From contig JAPEUD010000004.1 in NCBI GenBank assembly GCA_026026165.1, positions 1 through 64,000 of the forward strand: a stretch of DNA of 64,000 bases, given 5' to 3'. Positions within the stretch are counted from its first letter, which is position 1; the number at the start of each line of letters is the position of its first letter. Below the pieces are notes generated by a model that saw only the letters and a program-made list of their open reading frames with translations, ran no database searches and was not told where the DNA came from. The position numbers were made by a program, and so were the translations under genes. This DNA is from Sarea resinae (taxonomy: Eukaryota). Below are positions 11,085-22,893 of this stretch, piece after piece.

Positions 11085-13628
11085 ATGGCTCCCGCCAAGC
11101 GACCTAGAGGCAGGCCTCGCAAGAACGTCGAAAATCCGCAGACGACGAAAAAGAGTTCCGCGTCGTCTGGTGAACTACGTCAAACACGCAAAAGAAAGCG
11201 AGATTCGACCAATGGTGTATCATTTGCAGCAAAAAGAGTCAAAGAGGAGGAATCTACTGACGAGAAAATCGTTGTGGCTGGGCCAAGGATTTCCTCACTT
11301 GAAGCGACCTACTCAAAACCAATCTTCAAGGTCTCAGGGCTAAATCTCTTACCGGCAGAGAAACTGCCGGAATTTATGCGACCTCTCTTCGCGACATCAT
11401 CTTCTGCTTCGTTAGGACAAGACGACATACTTGGAAATGTATATGATGCTTCTTCGACATCTCCAACGACTGTCGCTGCGCCATTGACTGGTGCAAACGG
11501 TGAACTTACCGGAGAAACGCCTGTGGAGCCGGAACTCACACAGCAAGAAGTTCTCCATAAGGAGGGCAACTTACCGAACCCCACTCAACAGGTGACACCG
11601 CTATCACAATCCTCACTTCAAAAAATCCGTCATCGTCAGGAAACCTCAGAACAACCTAGTCTGTCAAAGTCCGTACGGACAGAGTCATTACGAGCAGATT
11701 CACGAGACGAGGAAGATAGTGAGCAAGATGATGCGCAATTTCAAGTTTTGCAGCAACTTCAGCGAGATCTCTCGCGAGACGGTACACCTCGGCAGGTCCT
11801 CAATAGGTGCCCCGTCTGTCAATTGATCTTAGAGAACGCGAACATCGACGACTTCCGTGATCATGTTGAGTCCTGTCTCGAAGAGGGTCAGTCCAATTCG
11901 CCTACACCTGCTGTCGAACATCGACTAGAAGAAGCTGCCCAGACCGGTACTCAAGACCTAGTGTTGGACTCAGACCTGCCTCCTCCCTTCGCACTTCCGC
12001 TTAATACCGCGTCCGACGAAGAAGATGAAGATGAACTTGAAGCGGGCTATATCACCACTCAAGAGAACACTGCTCGCAAAATTGCTCGAAAGCAATTTCG
12101 GCCTCTAACCGACCCAGAAATGTTCCTGATGGCTTTGGCAGATCCACAAAAGCGATCCACAGCGGCACTTTTTGCTGTAGCAGCTAACGCACAGAACGCA
12201 CTCAAGCTATGGCAGGATGAGTGGATCGCACTGGAGAAGAAGACTGCTCGATTCACACAGCCACCTCACCGTCCCCACGACCCGCGCAAGCCCGAGGAGC
12301 CCGTAGTCTATGAGGACAAGAAGGAAGCGGGCCTTTACGGCTACAAGTACGATCCCGACCCGAAAAAGAGAGGGCTTCAAGAGCCCGACAAGCAAAAATA
12401 CGGTCGCTTTGTTGGGGGCCGCGAGCTTCGGAAGCTCAATGCCGCTTCCAAGGCCAAAGGTCTTAAGGCCAATGATGCAGATACTATTGTCGAGGGGCCG
12501 CGCCTTCGGCGACAACGACAGGTGTTTGATGGCATTAGCGAGGCAGACGACCGTCGTCGCGGTACGCGCACAGCATCTGAAGCTTTTTCGGGGGCGGACA
12601 ACGGGAGAAAGAGGCCGCTAGATGACGGCGTTGAAGGCCAACCACGCAAGCGTGGACGGCCGCGAACAAACCCGCTACCACCTCGCATTCGAGAAATGCG
12701 TGCGGAGAGCCAGCTTGGTACCGGAGTGACAAGTGAGGCCGAAGGGGGTTTTGGCTCCAACGAGAGTACACCTGCACCTACTGCGCCGATAGCGAAGCGT
12801 CGTGGAAGGCCTCCCAAGAATGCGAATGCGGCAAAGCTTCCAGCTTCAGCTACCACGAAAGCTCCAAAGGCTACTACAAAAGCGATGAAAGCACGGATCA
12901 AATCCGAAAAGAGAAGCAAATCAATGAAAAGGTGGTGGGGTATACGAAAAGCCGCAGCTGAAAGAGCGGCGCTCCTGGCCGGCGATGTGTCAGGAGTCCT
13001 CTCTGGAGCGGCTGCCGAATTGGAGAAGGACGATTTGGAAAATGGCGATCTTGAGGAAGAGGATTCTGAGCGGACTGAAGAGTCTGCCGAGCCATCAGAC
13101 GCGGAAGAGGGTACAGACGGTGGAACCGGAGCGGCCACTCCAGTATCCGGCCCATCTCTCGTGCCCACGGCTGCCAAAGCGTGCAAGCCCGGCCGCAAAG
13201 GAACTCTGATTACTTTAAAAGTACCTTCGCGACCTTCAAGGGGAGCAACGCCCGATGATACTTCCGCCTCGACCCCTGCTCCGCCTGAAGATGCACCTGT
13301 ACCAGGGAAGTTGCTCGGGACAGAGCGAGTGTTGCTACCCAAAGCGGCCGTGACCGAGTATGAACAATATCAACAGCTCTCTACTCCCGGCAGCGAGGAA
13401 AATCTGGGGAAGCGTAAGAGAAAGCTAACGGGTATTGCTGCTGCTGCTGCCGCTGGCAGTGGCGGTGAACGTGGCATATCTGAGCTACAGAACAAGATGA
13501 AGAGAAAGGCTGAGCGTGGTGGTGATTATGGAGATTTGGGAGATGAGAGTAAGAGTCCTAGCCTTGGGCCGCCGACTTCTACCGAGGTTGAAGACGACGA
13601 TGACGGTGATGAGTGGAAGGGCGACTGA
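11085..13628 (+). CDS. Hypothetical nuclear protein with AT-hook motifs and a UBZ-like C2HC zinc finger
   Basis: Single long ORF with first ATG at 11085 (MAPAKRPRGRPRK). RGRP motifs occur three times; CPVCQ-x10-DHVESC-like finger; many basic NLS-like clusters. Probable 5'UTR intron donor GTAAGT at 10830. Confidence 0.8.
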   Translation: MAPAKRPRGRPRKNVENPQTTKKSSASSGELRQTRKRKRDSTNGVSFAAKRVKEEESTDEKIVVAGPRISSLEATYSKPIFKVSGLNLLPAEKLPEFMRPLFATSSSASLGQDDILGNVYDASSTSPTTVAAPLTGANGELTGETPVEPELTQQEVLHKEGNLPNPTQQVTPLSQSSLQKIRHRQETSEQPSLSKSVRTESLRADSRDEEDSEQDDAQFQVLQQLQRDLSRDGTPRQVLNRCPVCQLILENANIDDFRDHVESCLEEGQSNSPTPAVEHRLEEAAQTGTQDLVLDSDLPPPFALPLNTASDEEDEDELEAGYITTQENTARKIARKQFRPLTDPEMFLMALADPQKRSTAALFAVAANAQNALKLWQDEWIALEKKTARFTQPPHRPHDPRKPEEPVVYEDKKEAGLYGYKYDPDPKKRGLQEPDKQKYGRFVGGRELRKLNAASKAKGLKANDADTIVEGPRLRRQRQVFDGISEADDRRRGTRTASEAFSGADNGRKRPLDDGVEGQPRKRGRPRTNPLPPRIREMRAESQLGTGVTSEAEGGFGSNESTPAPTAPIAKRRGRPPKNANAAKLPASATTKAPKATTKAMKARIKSEKRSKSMKRWWGIRKAAAERAALLAGDVSGVLSGAAAELEKDDLENGDLEEEDSERTEESAEPSDAEEGTDGGTGAATPVSGPSLVPTAAKACKPGRKGTLITLKVPSRPSRGATPDDTSASTPAPPEDAPVPGKLLGTERVLLPKAAVTEYEQYQQLSTPGSEENLGKRKRKLTGIAAAAAAGSGGERGISELQNKMKRKAERGGDYGDLGDESKSPSLGPPTSTEVEDDDDGDEWKGD

Positions 13629-13675
13629 AAGGGACGAGGCTGTCGGTGGCAGCGGAAAACCTCTGTGTATCATAC

Positions 13676-14280
13676 TTCTCCTCCTCCTCCTCCTCTTCTT
13701 CTTCTTCTTCTTCTTCTTCTTCTTCTTCTTCTTCTTCTTCCTCCTCCAAGCGTGCATACAGCGGTGGGTGTCGGGTTTTGGGTAGCCAGGGAGTTTTGGG
13801 GGACATCGGACTTGGCATTGGGTTGGGGCATCATTGGGCGCGTTAACGCGAGTGATCAATGGCGGGGTTCTCCTCTGTTCACCTTGATGGTGTGTGTATA
13901 GATGGGGGGGGAAACAAGATCAAGGCGCTAGGCCTTTTTAATAATCATCGTGGTCCTTTTTTTCCTCTCTCACCGTCACCGAATGTCCACATTTTTCTGT
14001 TTGTTTCTTTGTCTCACAGCAAGGACCGGAATGAAGTGCACTTGATTTCTGCTCGAAGTTCGGGTCTACCTCATCAGAAGTGGTTTTTTCTGACTTAGTC
14101 GTACATTTCCCCCCCCCCCCCCCTCTCTCTCTCGCTCTGAAAAGAAACATTAAAAGAGACATTGTAAGGGGTGTGACGATCAATCAATCAATCAATCAAT
14201 CTGTCTGCTCTGCAATAATAATAATAACAATAATAATAATAATAGAGTGGATTTTAATTATATATATATATATATATATA
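13676..14280. repeat. Microsatellites (CTC)n/(CTT)n, poly-C, (CAAT)n, (AAT)n, (TA)n between convergent genes
   Basis: Directly visible. Confidence 0.95.
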
Positions 14281-14533
14281 GTGTTTGGGGCAGAGAAGTT
14301 GTTTTTATGTTGATATTTTTGTCATCTATTTATTTTGTTTGTTTGTACATGAATCAACCGTTAGGTGTGTGAACAGTGACGAACGGTCACCCTTGTGACG
14401 ATCCTGTCCTATCCTATTCTATCTCATCTTACCCTCTCTACCACCCACGCACCCATCCTATCCCCATTCCACCCACTCTACTACCTAGCCACTCACCCGC
14501 TCTCCTATTCCACTCCCCACCCACCTCCTCACC

Positions 14534-16026
14534 TCAACGTAAGACCGCCCTCACGCCCGCCAGCGGCGTCCGCCGCAGCCACAGCACCCAGAGTAGCACG
14601 CCGGCGACGTTTCCGCCCAGGTGGCCGACGTGGCCGAGGGTGGGCAGCGAGCCCGTGGCCCAGCAGGCGCCGTCGAAGAGGGCGAGCCCTGCGACGGCGT
14701 AGAGGAGGGGGAAGGCCGGCGTGATGAGGAGCGAGACGCGGGTGCGGGGCGTGAGGATGGCTGCGATTGTACCTAATAGGGTGGTTAGTGGGGAGAGGTG
14801 CGGGGGTGGGGGAAGTGGTGAGGGGAGTCGGGAGAGATGGGGGCGTGTGTCAGGTGGAGGGAAGGGGGGAGAGGGAGGAAGAGGAAGAGCAACGTACTGA
14901 GACAGACGAGCGAACTACTGCTGCCCAGGCAGCGGCCGAGCCGCGAATTATACGGCTCCATCTCGTCCTGGGCGCGGCGCAGCTCTCGCGCGACGGACTC
15001 CTGATCGCGCACCCGGCCATCGGCAGCACCACCGAACAGGCCGCCGCCGAAGCCGAAGCGCGGGTTGAACTCGCGGGTCCAGCGCCGCAAGATGGCGTCT
15101 CGGGCGTCGCGCAGCTGGGCCTCGGAGAGGCCGGCGAGCGGGTCCGTGAGCGCGTCGACGGCGCAGTCGAAGTTGGCGGCGAAGAAGCCGCCCGCGACGT
15201 AGATGGCCATGAAGAGGCGCGCCGGCATGTAGGGGCTCAGGATGCGCGACAGCGTGGCGAGCGTGATGGCGCACGCGCCAAAGTGCATCAGGCCCGAGTG
15301 CGCGAACTGGTAGGTGATGTACTGCGCGGGGGACGCCCAGAGGCTGGCCCACCAGCCCGCGTGCGAGTACGAGAAGGCGTTGAGGGAGACGAGCTCGGTG
15401 GCGTAGTGGTGGTGGTTGTGGTGCTCGTCGTCGCGGATGTAGGCCAGGTATTTGTCGCGCAGGGCGGCGAGGAAGGGGATCTCGGACATGGTGACGGCGG
15501 CCGAGGGCGAGCGGAGGAAGTTCTCGAAGTTGAACAGGGCGAGCACGAGCGCGTAGATGGTGATGACGAGGATCGTCATGTTGCTGGAGTCGGTGGGGCC
15601 GCCTGTCGGCCCATGTTGTTGTTGCTGCTCTGCGGCATTGTGTGGTAGGGGAGTCTGTCTTGTTGAGGGGCTTGGTCTTGGTTGTGACGGCCGGCGAGGG
15701 GGTGGTACTGGTGGTGGCGGCGAGGAGCGATATGCGAGATGTCGGGCGAAGAAGCCAATTCTGATAGGAGGTGTGTTTGCTATTCGCGGCTCTCTCGGGC
15801 TTTGAAACTGGCCATTGAAGCTCCTCCTGATGGGATGAAATGAGTGGAACAACGATGACGACGACGACGACGACGAACAGCGGGGGAAAGTAGAATACAG
15901 GGCAGAAGAGACAGTGATCCATGGCCGAGGAGCTTGTCTAAGCAGAGAATGAAACGGCGTACAGCCGCGCGCCATCGTCAATGCCGGGCTGTATCGTAGC
16001 CCCACTCCTACCCCGATGCCCAGCAT
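14534..16026 (-). CDS. Rhomboid-family intramembrane serine protease (probably mitochondrial, Pcp1/PARL-like); intron 14897-14773
   Basis: ITYQFAHSGLMHF motif, CLGSSS (catalytic Ser position), and in exon 2 GHVGHLGG (catalytic His). Arg/Ser-rich N-terminus resembles a presequence. Confidence 0.8.
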
Positions 16027-16678
16027 GATCACTTCAGCCGTAACAAGGCAGTCTAGGAAAAAGAAGCAGAACAGGGGGCTTGCAAACCACAACACGAACG
16101 GAATCAAAGCAGTGGAGTACACGGGAACGGGTTGCAGCGATCGAGGAATGCAGAATTTCTCTCAAAAGATATCATTCTGCTGCAATACCCTGAAATGTGT
16201 CTTCAAATTGCCCTGATAGTATGGCGGGGCCCAGTTGCGGCCGTGGCGCCGTTGTGACGAGGCATCTCGACTGGCGATGACGATTACCCGGCTCTCGATT
16301 AAGGTGCTTATCGATTAGATAAGATCGGTTCGTCAGCTTTTTGCTACCCTTACTGCAGTACTACGGGTACGAGGGTACATTCACATCTCGCGCAGATCTT
16401 CATCCTGGGCGAACTTCCCATGGTCTCGCAGGACCATCTCAGGCACCTGAGTAGCTGGGTAGGGGTAAAATGTGGTATCAATTCCCTAATGCCCTGAGGA
16501 TCGCTGCACTCCACATCAATTCGTCAACGCGTGGCAGACCTAGACCAGCAAATACCCAAAGCCCGCTTCCCCAAAACATGCGCGAAAAAAGAGAGAAGAG
16601 CCACCAAAGATAAAAAGGAAAACATGCTCTTGCAGAGGAGATGGTGAGGGTGAAAGTAAGGTCAATCTGACGTTCCAA

Positions 16679-19088
16679 TCAGCATCCACCGCCACATCCC
16701 CCACCGCCTCCTCCTCCTCCGCATCCGCCGCCACCGCCACCAAACCCTCCACCACCACACCCTCCACCCCCTCCACCCCCTCCAAATCCTCCACCGGCAC
16801 ACCCGCCACCGCCCCCAAGCCCTCCACCACAACCTCCCGCTGCCCCACCTGCGCATCCGCCGGCATTCCCTGCACAGCCCCCAGCAGCTACGCCGGCACC
16901 ACAAGTCCCCGCCGCACAGTTCCCTGGAGCCCCAGCCCCAGTAGTCATGCACCCAGGATTGCCCACATACATGCCACCCGTGATGCCAGGATAGAACATG
17001 TAGGGCGCATACATGGTGCCGAAATAGAGCGGATGGCCCCACGCCATGGTCGAATAATCATTGTTACGAGTCGGAGGCTGACGGCCCTCTTTGCGGGCAC
17101 GGGAGCAGGCCTTTTGGTAAGCCGATTCGAGTCTCGCGGCCCGGGCTTGCGCCACTACGTTTGCGGCTCTTGCAGCTCTCGAGGAATCGCTCTCGACCTT
17201 GACGGCGTTGTGCGCCGAGATGTGCACGTTTTTCTCCGGCGGAAGCGAGTTCGGATCGTCTTTAGCATGTTGCGCGTGGAAGTCTTCCGCCGGATCGTGC
17301 CGGACTAGACGGGACAGAGTGGAGGTGTGCGATTCGCGGAGGGCTTCGCAGTACCAGCAGAGGCATTCGGAATAAACCTCCTTGAACTCCTTTTGGTACT
17401 TTTTGGACGTCCATTCGAAGGCATCAGAGAGTTTGGATTCCTCAATCTTGTCATCATGGTCAACGAACTGACCTGTCTTGCTGATAGTAAAGGTGTAGTA
17501 GCGTTGAGGCGAGAGCTGATGTGTGTGCCAGGCCAGATCGACGTCCAGGGTAGGCACGCAGACGTGGCCCGGGTGCTGCGCCATGATGAGAAAGAAGCGT
17601 TCGTTCTTGACGAGCAGGCGCGCCATTGTTGCTGTGAGGGCTGGGCTATGAATCCAGTCTATGGAGTGCATCTTCTCGATGAAGGATCCTTGGCGGATGA
17701 CGGCGCCGACCAGATCGAGTGCAAAAGCGGAGGAATTGTCCCAGTAGCGGCTCATCATTTTGCGAATGGCAATCCTCTCGGTGCGCAACAAGCGCCTCGA
17801 GCTGAATGTTTGGTTAGCCATACCGACCAGGCTAGGATCGCGGATTCCATCCTCGATGATGTCTCGGATCCTTTCAACACTCATTAGACTGGCGGACGGG
17901 CCGTTGACATCAGCGAGCTCGAGAATCTTGCTCTTCAGTCCCGCAGTCAGGAGACGATTAGGAAAAGTATAGGCGACTTTCGATGCAGTGGAGGGACTGC
18001 TCTGAGGGGTGCCTTCTAGAGAGAGAAGAGTGCCCGGCATCGGCACATCGTTGACCAAAAGTAGCTGCATATCTCTTTTGAATTTTTGGACCCGTAGTAC
18101 TGCGTGGCTGATTACAAAAGAGCATTTTGAGCAACGATCTCGAAATTCCTTGTCAGCATAGCCTACTCCGACGCTCGCAAATGAGGCAGCCAAGTCGTCT
18201 CCCTTCCGAACAGTCGTCTCGCCACAGGTAGTCCATGGGCATTTAAGATTGGTTTTGCATTTCGGACAAACGACGTTCATGGTAGGACTGTCCTGTAGAT
18301 TGTCCCACGCGGTGCCAGTCTTCGATTCATATCTTTGGCGTGCCGCATCTCCAGGCTGATACTCGAAAGAGGAGTTGTCGATGGATTCAGTAACAATTTC
18401 CCACGGCATACCTGTGGTCCAAAAGTCGATCTTCCCAGATCGGAGGCTATCCTCCAGGAAGCAGCGCGGGTTGAGCATGTAAGCATGCCATACCATCAGG
18501 ACGTCTACATGGAACCGTCAGTCAACTGGAGCTAACACACGACGCAAAGGTGACAATACCGAGAGGTGGCAGATAATCTCTGGTGTATTTGATCCTCTGT
18601 CCTTTCAAGGGTAGGGAGTCATAATAACTGTTCCTGTTCATCTCCCTTTGAACGAGGTAATTCCGGGGATTTCCGGCAGCGGTGCTGGGGGCAGAGGTGT
18701 GCCACCATCGCTCGAATCTATCCGCAGCTCGCGCAACGTAGACAGCCCATCGTTTCTCAGCGATCTTGGCCAATGCCGCCTCGCGCTCTCGTTCGTCCTC
18801 TGTCACGGCGGCCGCCAGACTGTCGGAAAGACCGAACAATCCATCGGTGCGGCCGACCTCATCACGCAATTGATAGAACGACTCGAGCAATTTGAGGTGA
18901 GCGATGCACTGCGGAACAGTAGGTTTCTCGGACGCCGAACGCAGATCGAGGTTTTGCAGGTTGGCGGTCAGATCGATAAGGTCGACTGTATTGGCCGCAT
19001 TGGTATTGTCTTGAGAGGTGTCGCCATAGGCAGGTGGCGGCAACTCGACCATTTCTGTCTTCTTGGGCTTGTCTTTGAAGAGGGGCAT
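16679..19088 (-). CDS. Glycine-rich domain-containing protein (GRDP/DUF1399 family) with a C-terminal Gly/Cys tail; one intron at about 18560-18505
   Basis: PPLDVLMVWHAYMLNPR, VPTLDVDLAWHTHQLSP, DHDDKIEE, CLCWYCE motifs; tail of GGCGGG repeats. Confidence 0.85.
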
Positions 19089-20456
19089 GGTGATTGAATG
19101 CCGAATGAATCTCAATTCATGAAATGGAGACGATGGAAAAAAACAGATGCAGGACGCAGTGTGATCGTTGGACCTTTATATCAGAGATGAAGCGCATTGC
19201 CTCGCATTGCCTCGAGTTTTGCCGCATCAGCCTTACGCTCAGATCTGGATACGGCTGCAGGCTGCCTCGATGCAGGATTAGATAGGGCTATCAGTCATGC
19301 TGTCATTCGGCCGACGGAAGACAGTGTGAGGTGCAAGGTAGGTACGCTGTAGCTGGTGCACGTTAGTGAGTGTTCAAGCGTCAAGAAGCGCTAAGAGCGG
19401 AAGGAACTTGGGATCTCAGCCGACGCGGGGCAATGTCAAGCCCAGGCATCCATGGATGGGGCGATGCCACCGATCTCCAGCGGCATCATCAGTAAGGTAA
19501 GGTACCTGCTCCAGAGTGTGTACCTCAGTACGAGGTACTTCGTACTTCGTACATCGATACCTCCCCACCCACTACAGACTACCTTACGTAGTAGTACCTT
19601 AGGCAGAACCGTCGTGGGTGCTTCTAGCGAGCTTCCAGAAGATGACCTCACTCGGACAGCAACAACAGCCCTGAAGGGTTGCGCCTCCAGCGCTTGCCAG
19701 TTCCAGTTGGTTGTCTGCGCCCCCCAACATGCTCTAGAGTAGCGCACTATGAGGAGACAGTGACCATGACATCTGAACATGCAACTCATCAGAAGCGTTG
19801 GACCGTGACAGATACCTGACCTTGTTCGAGGGTTAGGGTAGTAGGCTGTGTACGACGAGGCTCCTTTTGTGACCGATTTCCCCGCGGCATATACATCTCA
19901 TTCCCCACTCTGCTTCATGAGTCGGAGCAGCATTGCCTCATAGATCTGGTGACCTCTGGATCCCACAGGTGGAGTTCTGTATATCTACTCTACGTAGCGA
20001 TCACATCTTCTCAGTCGTTACAGACTGCTGTACAGCCCTTCGGCGCAGGTCACCTCTTGCCTTGTCCACCTTCAGGCCTGGCGACGGTATGAGTGAATGA
20101 CGTCAATAACATGAGACGGATCGCTAATCTCGAGATCAATCTGAGTCCGAATAGGGTAGCTGAGTAGGCTCGCGGCCGATCGGCATTCAATAACGAGTGA
20201 CACTTGGGAAAGCATGATATCTTGATTGTACACTGCCATGTGCGATACTGCAACCGATTGCTCGATTTGCTCGATTGCTCGTGGCATTGCTCACGTGTAA
20301 CTCGAGCCAGATAGGGCTATGTAGTCTATACGGCAGAATAATAAGACAGGCACGCTTAGTCTCATGCTCATGCTCATGCTCTTCCTCGATGTCATTCTAT
20401 CCCTCCCATCTGCTGCCCCCCTTTCTTCTCGAAAATGTCCAACGACTCTCTCACAC

Positions 20457-22194
20457 CTACTTCCCCTCCGCGAGCTTCAAGATCCCCTGGAGATCAATGC
20501 TCTTGGGCCGCTCAATCGGCAGACCCAGCGCGCGGTCCCAGATCAGCTGCGCCAACGGGCCGAGACCTCGACTGACGCCAAATGTGGCCGTATAGTAAAG
20601 CGTTTCATGAAAGCCGTAGTGGTGGAACAGCACGCCAGATGAAGAGTCGACGTTGGGAAATGGGTTCATTGCGGTAGTTAGCGGTGTCGTTCATACACTG
20701 AAACAAAGCAATCCGAAAATGTGGTTGTTGAAGAGCCGTTTCAGGACCCTTCATGAAGGTGGGGTATGGGACTGGCAAGCTCACCTTAGTCTTTCCGTGC
20801 TCCTTCAGCACAGCTGGGGCAAGTTCTGAGTTCCGCTTGACGAGCTGGAAGACAGGGTCACTTGCGATTTCGGGACGGGAAGAAGCAAAGTCCATCAGGG
20901 CTTCGAAGCGGGGATCGGGTTTGCGCAGGACGGCATGGCCGTAGCCAGGCACGACGCGGCCCGATTTGAGGGTTGACCAAAGGTAGGAGGTTATGTCTTC
21001 GTCGGTGAACTTGGTGCCAACATGAGATTGCATTTGAAGGATCCAGCGGAGCACTTCTTGGGCGGCAAGACTGACAAGGGGTTAGGTGCAGATCATTGAG
21101 TTAGATGTTGGAAGAGAACATACCCGTGCAGGGGGCCCGCGAGACCTTGTAGGCCAGCGCTGTAGCTGAGGAAAGGATCACTGAGGGCGCTGCCAACTAG
21201 ATGAGTAGCATGTGCAGAGACGTTTCCGCCCTCATGGTCACCATGGAGGGCCAAGTAGAGTCTCAGGAGATCTTGAAAGCCTTCGTTGTCTTTGCCACCC
21301 TTGCCAAGCATGGCTGCAAAGTTGTATGCCCAGTCCTGCTCCAGGTCGACTTCTGCGGGTAGTGCACCGCCGCCTTGATACGAGTTCTGGTAGATCTTCG
21401 CGGCTATGGTGGGAAGTTTGGCCAGGAGAGAGATGACGTCGTCAAAAGTGGGCTCCCAGTATTCTGCTTTGTTAATGCCCTCGGCGTAGGCTTTTGCAAA
21501 GACGGAGGTGTGATTAAGAGCGGAGACGGCGATTGCAAATTGGGTCATTGGATGTAGGTCCTTCGGAAAATTGTTGAGCATTTCGTCGACGAATGTGGGC
21601 AAGGAAGCCTGCTCTGCCAATTCGCGGGATAATTTGCGAACTTGGTTGGTGGAGGGGACCTGACCAGTCAGAAGTAACCAGAACATCGATTCTGGGAGCA
21701 TCTCGGTGCCCGAAGTACCCTTGGGGAGCTCCTTCGAGCAATCCTTTATCGATTTGCCGTGGAAACGGATGCCTTCGTCTGAGTCGAGGACAGAGCCTTC
21801 CCAGACCATTGCCTTTAATCCTCTACAAATAGCCTGTCAGATAAGACAGAATCACAGTAGCGAAGCACCTACCTCATTCCGCCAATGGTGTTTTCCACTT
21901 TCACTTCGCCAATCACTTTATTGCCATGCTGCTTGACTTTCTTGAGAAGCTCTCGCTTTGCCGGAATCACCGAAGCTAGTGTCTCCTTGAGATCTGGTTC
22001 CGATGCAGATGAGTAATTTCGTCTCGTCGATTCTAGCGAAGCACAAGGCCGACCAGCAGCGAGAGCCAGAGGACGAATAGGGCTTTGCTGTGTCATGAAT
22101 TAGCATCTCGGACTACCTTGCCGTGAAGACATAAAGGCACACGTACCCCAATCCTCTGCAGAGGGCGAGCGGACAACCGAGCGCATAGAGCCAT
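20457..22194 (-). CDS. mcsA: Mitochondrial 2-methylcitrate synthase (citrate synthase family), multi-exon
   Basis: [39 protein letters not shown] and IERPKS motifs; N-terminal presequence; divergently paired with a methylisocitrate lyase. Confidence 0.82.
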
Positions 22195-22411
22195 GGCTGA
22201 TGATGATATGAATAACACGTAAATTCAATAGAGATCTCAGATGGTGAGATACACCAACAATGAAAAGAAAGTGATTGGTGTCGACAACTACTAGACTTTA
22301 TATCTCTTAGTTGGCCAGCGTATGGTCATAACCGAGTCATGAAGATGAGATGGGAGAAAGGAAGAATGAAATTATTGGAATGCGGTGAAGGGGCCGAGTA
22401 ATAACACGACT

Positions 22412-22485
22412 GTGGGGAAATGCCGAGGGAAACCGTGCCAGTCGCGGGGTAGCCGTAGATCTAGACTCGGGGTACTTTACCCCAC
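22412..22485. promoter_or_regulatory. Putative FarA/FarB core (CCGAGG 22423-22428) and CreA SYGGRG sites (22412, 22444, 22480) in the mcsA-mclA bidirectional promoter
   Basis: Exact consensus matches clustered within about 75 bp, including the inverted repeat GGGGTA-CTT-TACCCC (22469-22483). Short motifs, so chance matches are possible. Confidence 0.5.
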
Positions 22486-22893
22486 AGGCATTCCCTAGGC
22501 AAACGAGGGGTGTTCACGAGGTACCTTGCGGTTAAGTGTGACTTGCCTCTGTGACGGCACCGTTCTGGCCGAGTCCGGAGATATTGAGGTTGTATATCCG
22601 ATCAAATTGGGCGGCTTAACCGAGACAACCCTTCACTGCGTCCCTGACGAATATATCCTATGCAATTATTGTTCATGACTTCCGTCCCACGGTAGAAATA
22701 ACGCGTCAGTGTGCCTCTCAAAAACAAAGCAATCCTTCTAGATAGAAAGCGAGAGGCTTAACGTCCTTTTTGGCTCTTGAACGAGAGACCATGCTCGTAT
22801 AGAGCTTGCGGGACACCTCCCTGAAATTTTAGTCCTGCTTTTCATCTTACACTGTGGGGACAACTTCCTCGATAGATCTAAATAAGAGACAGT

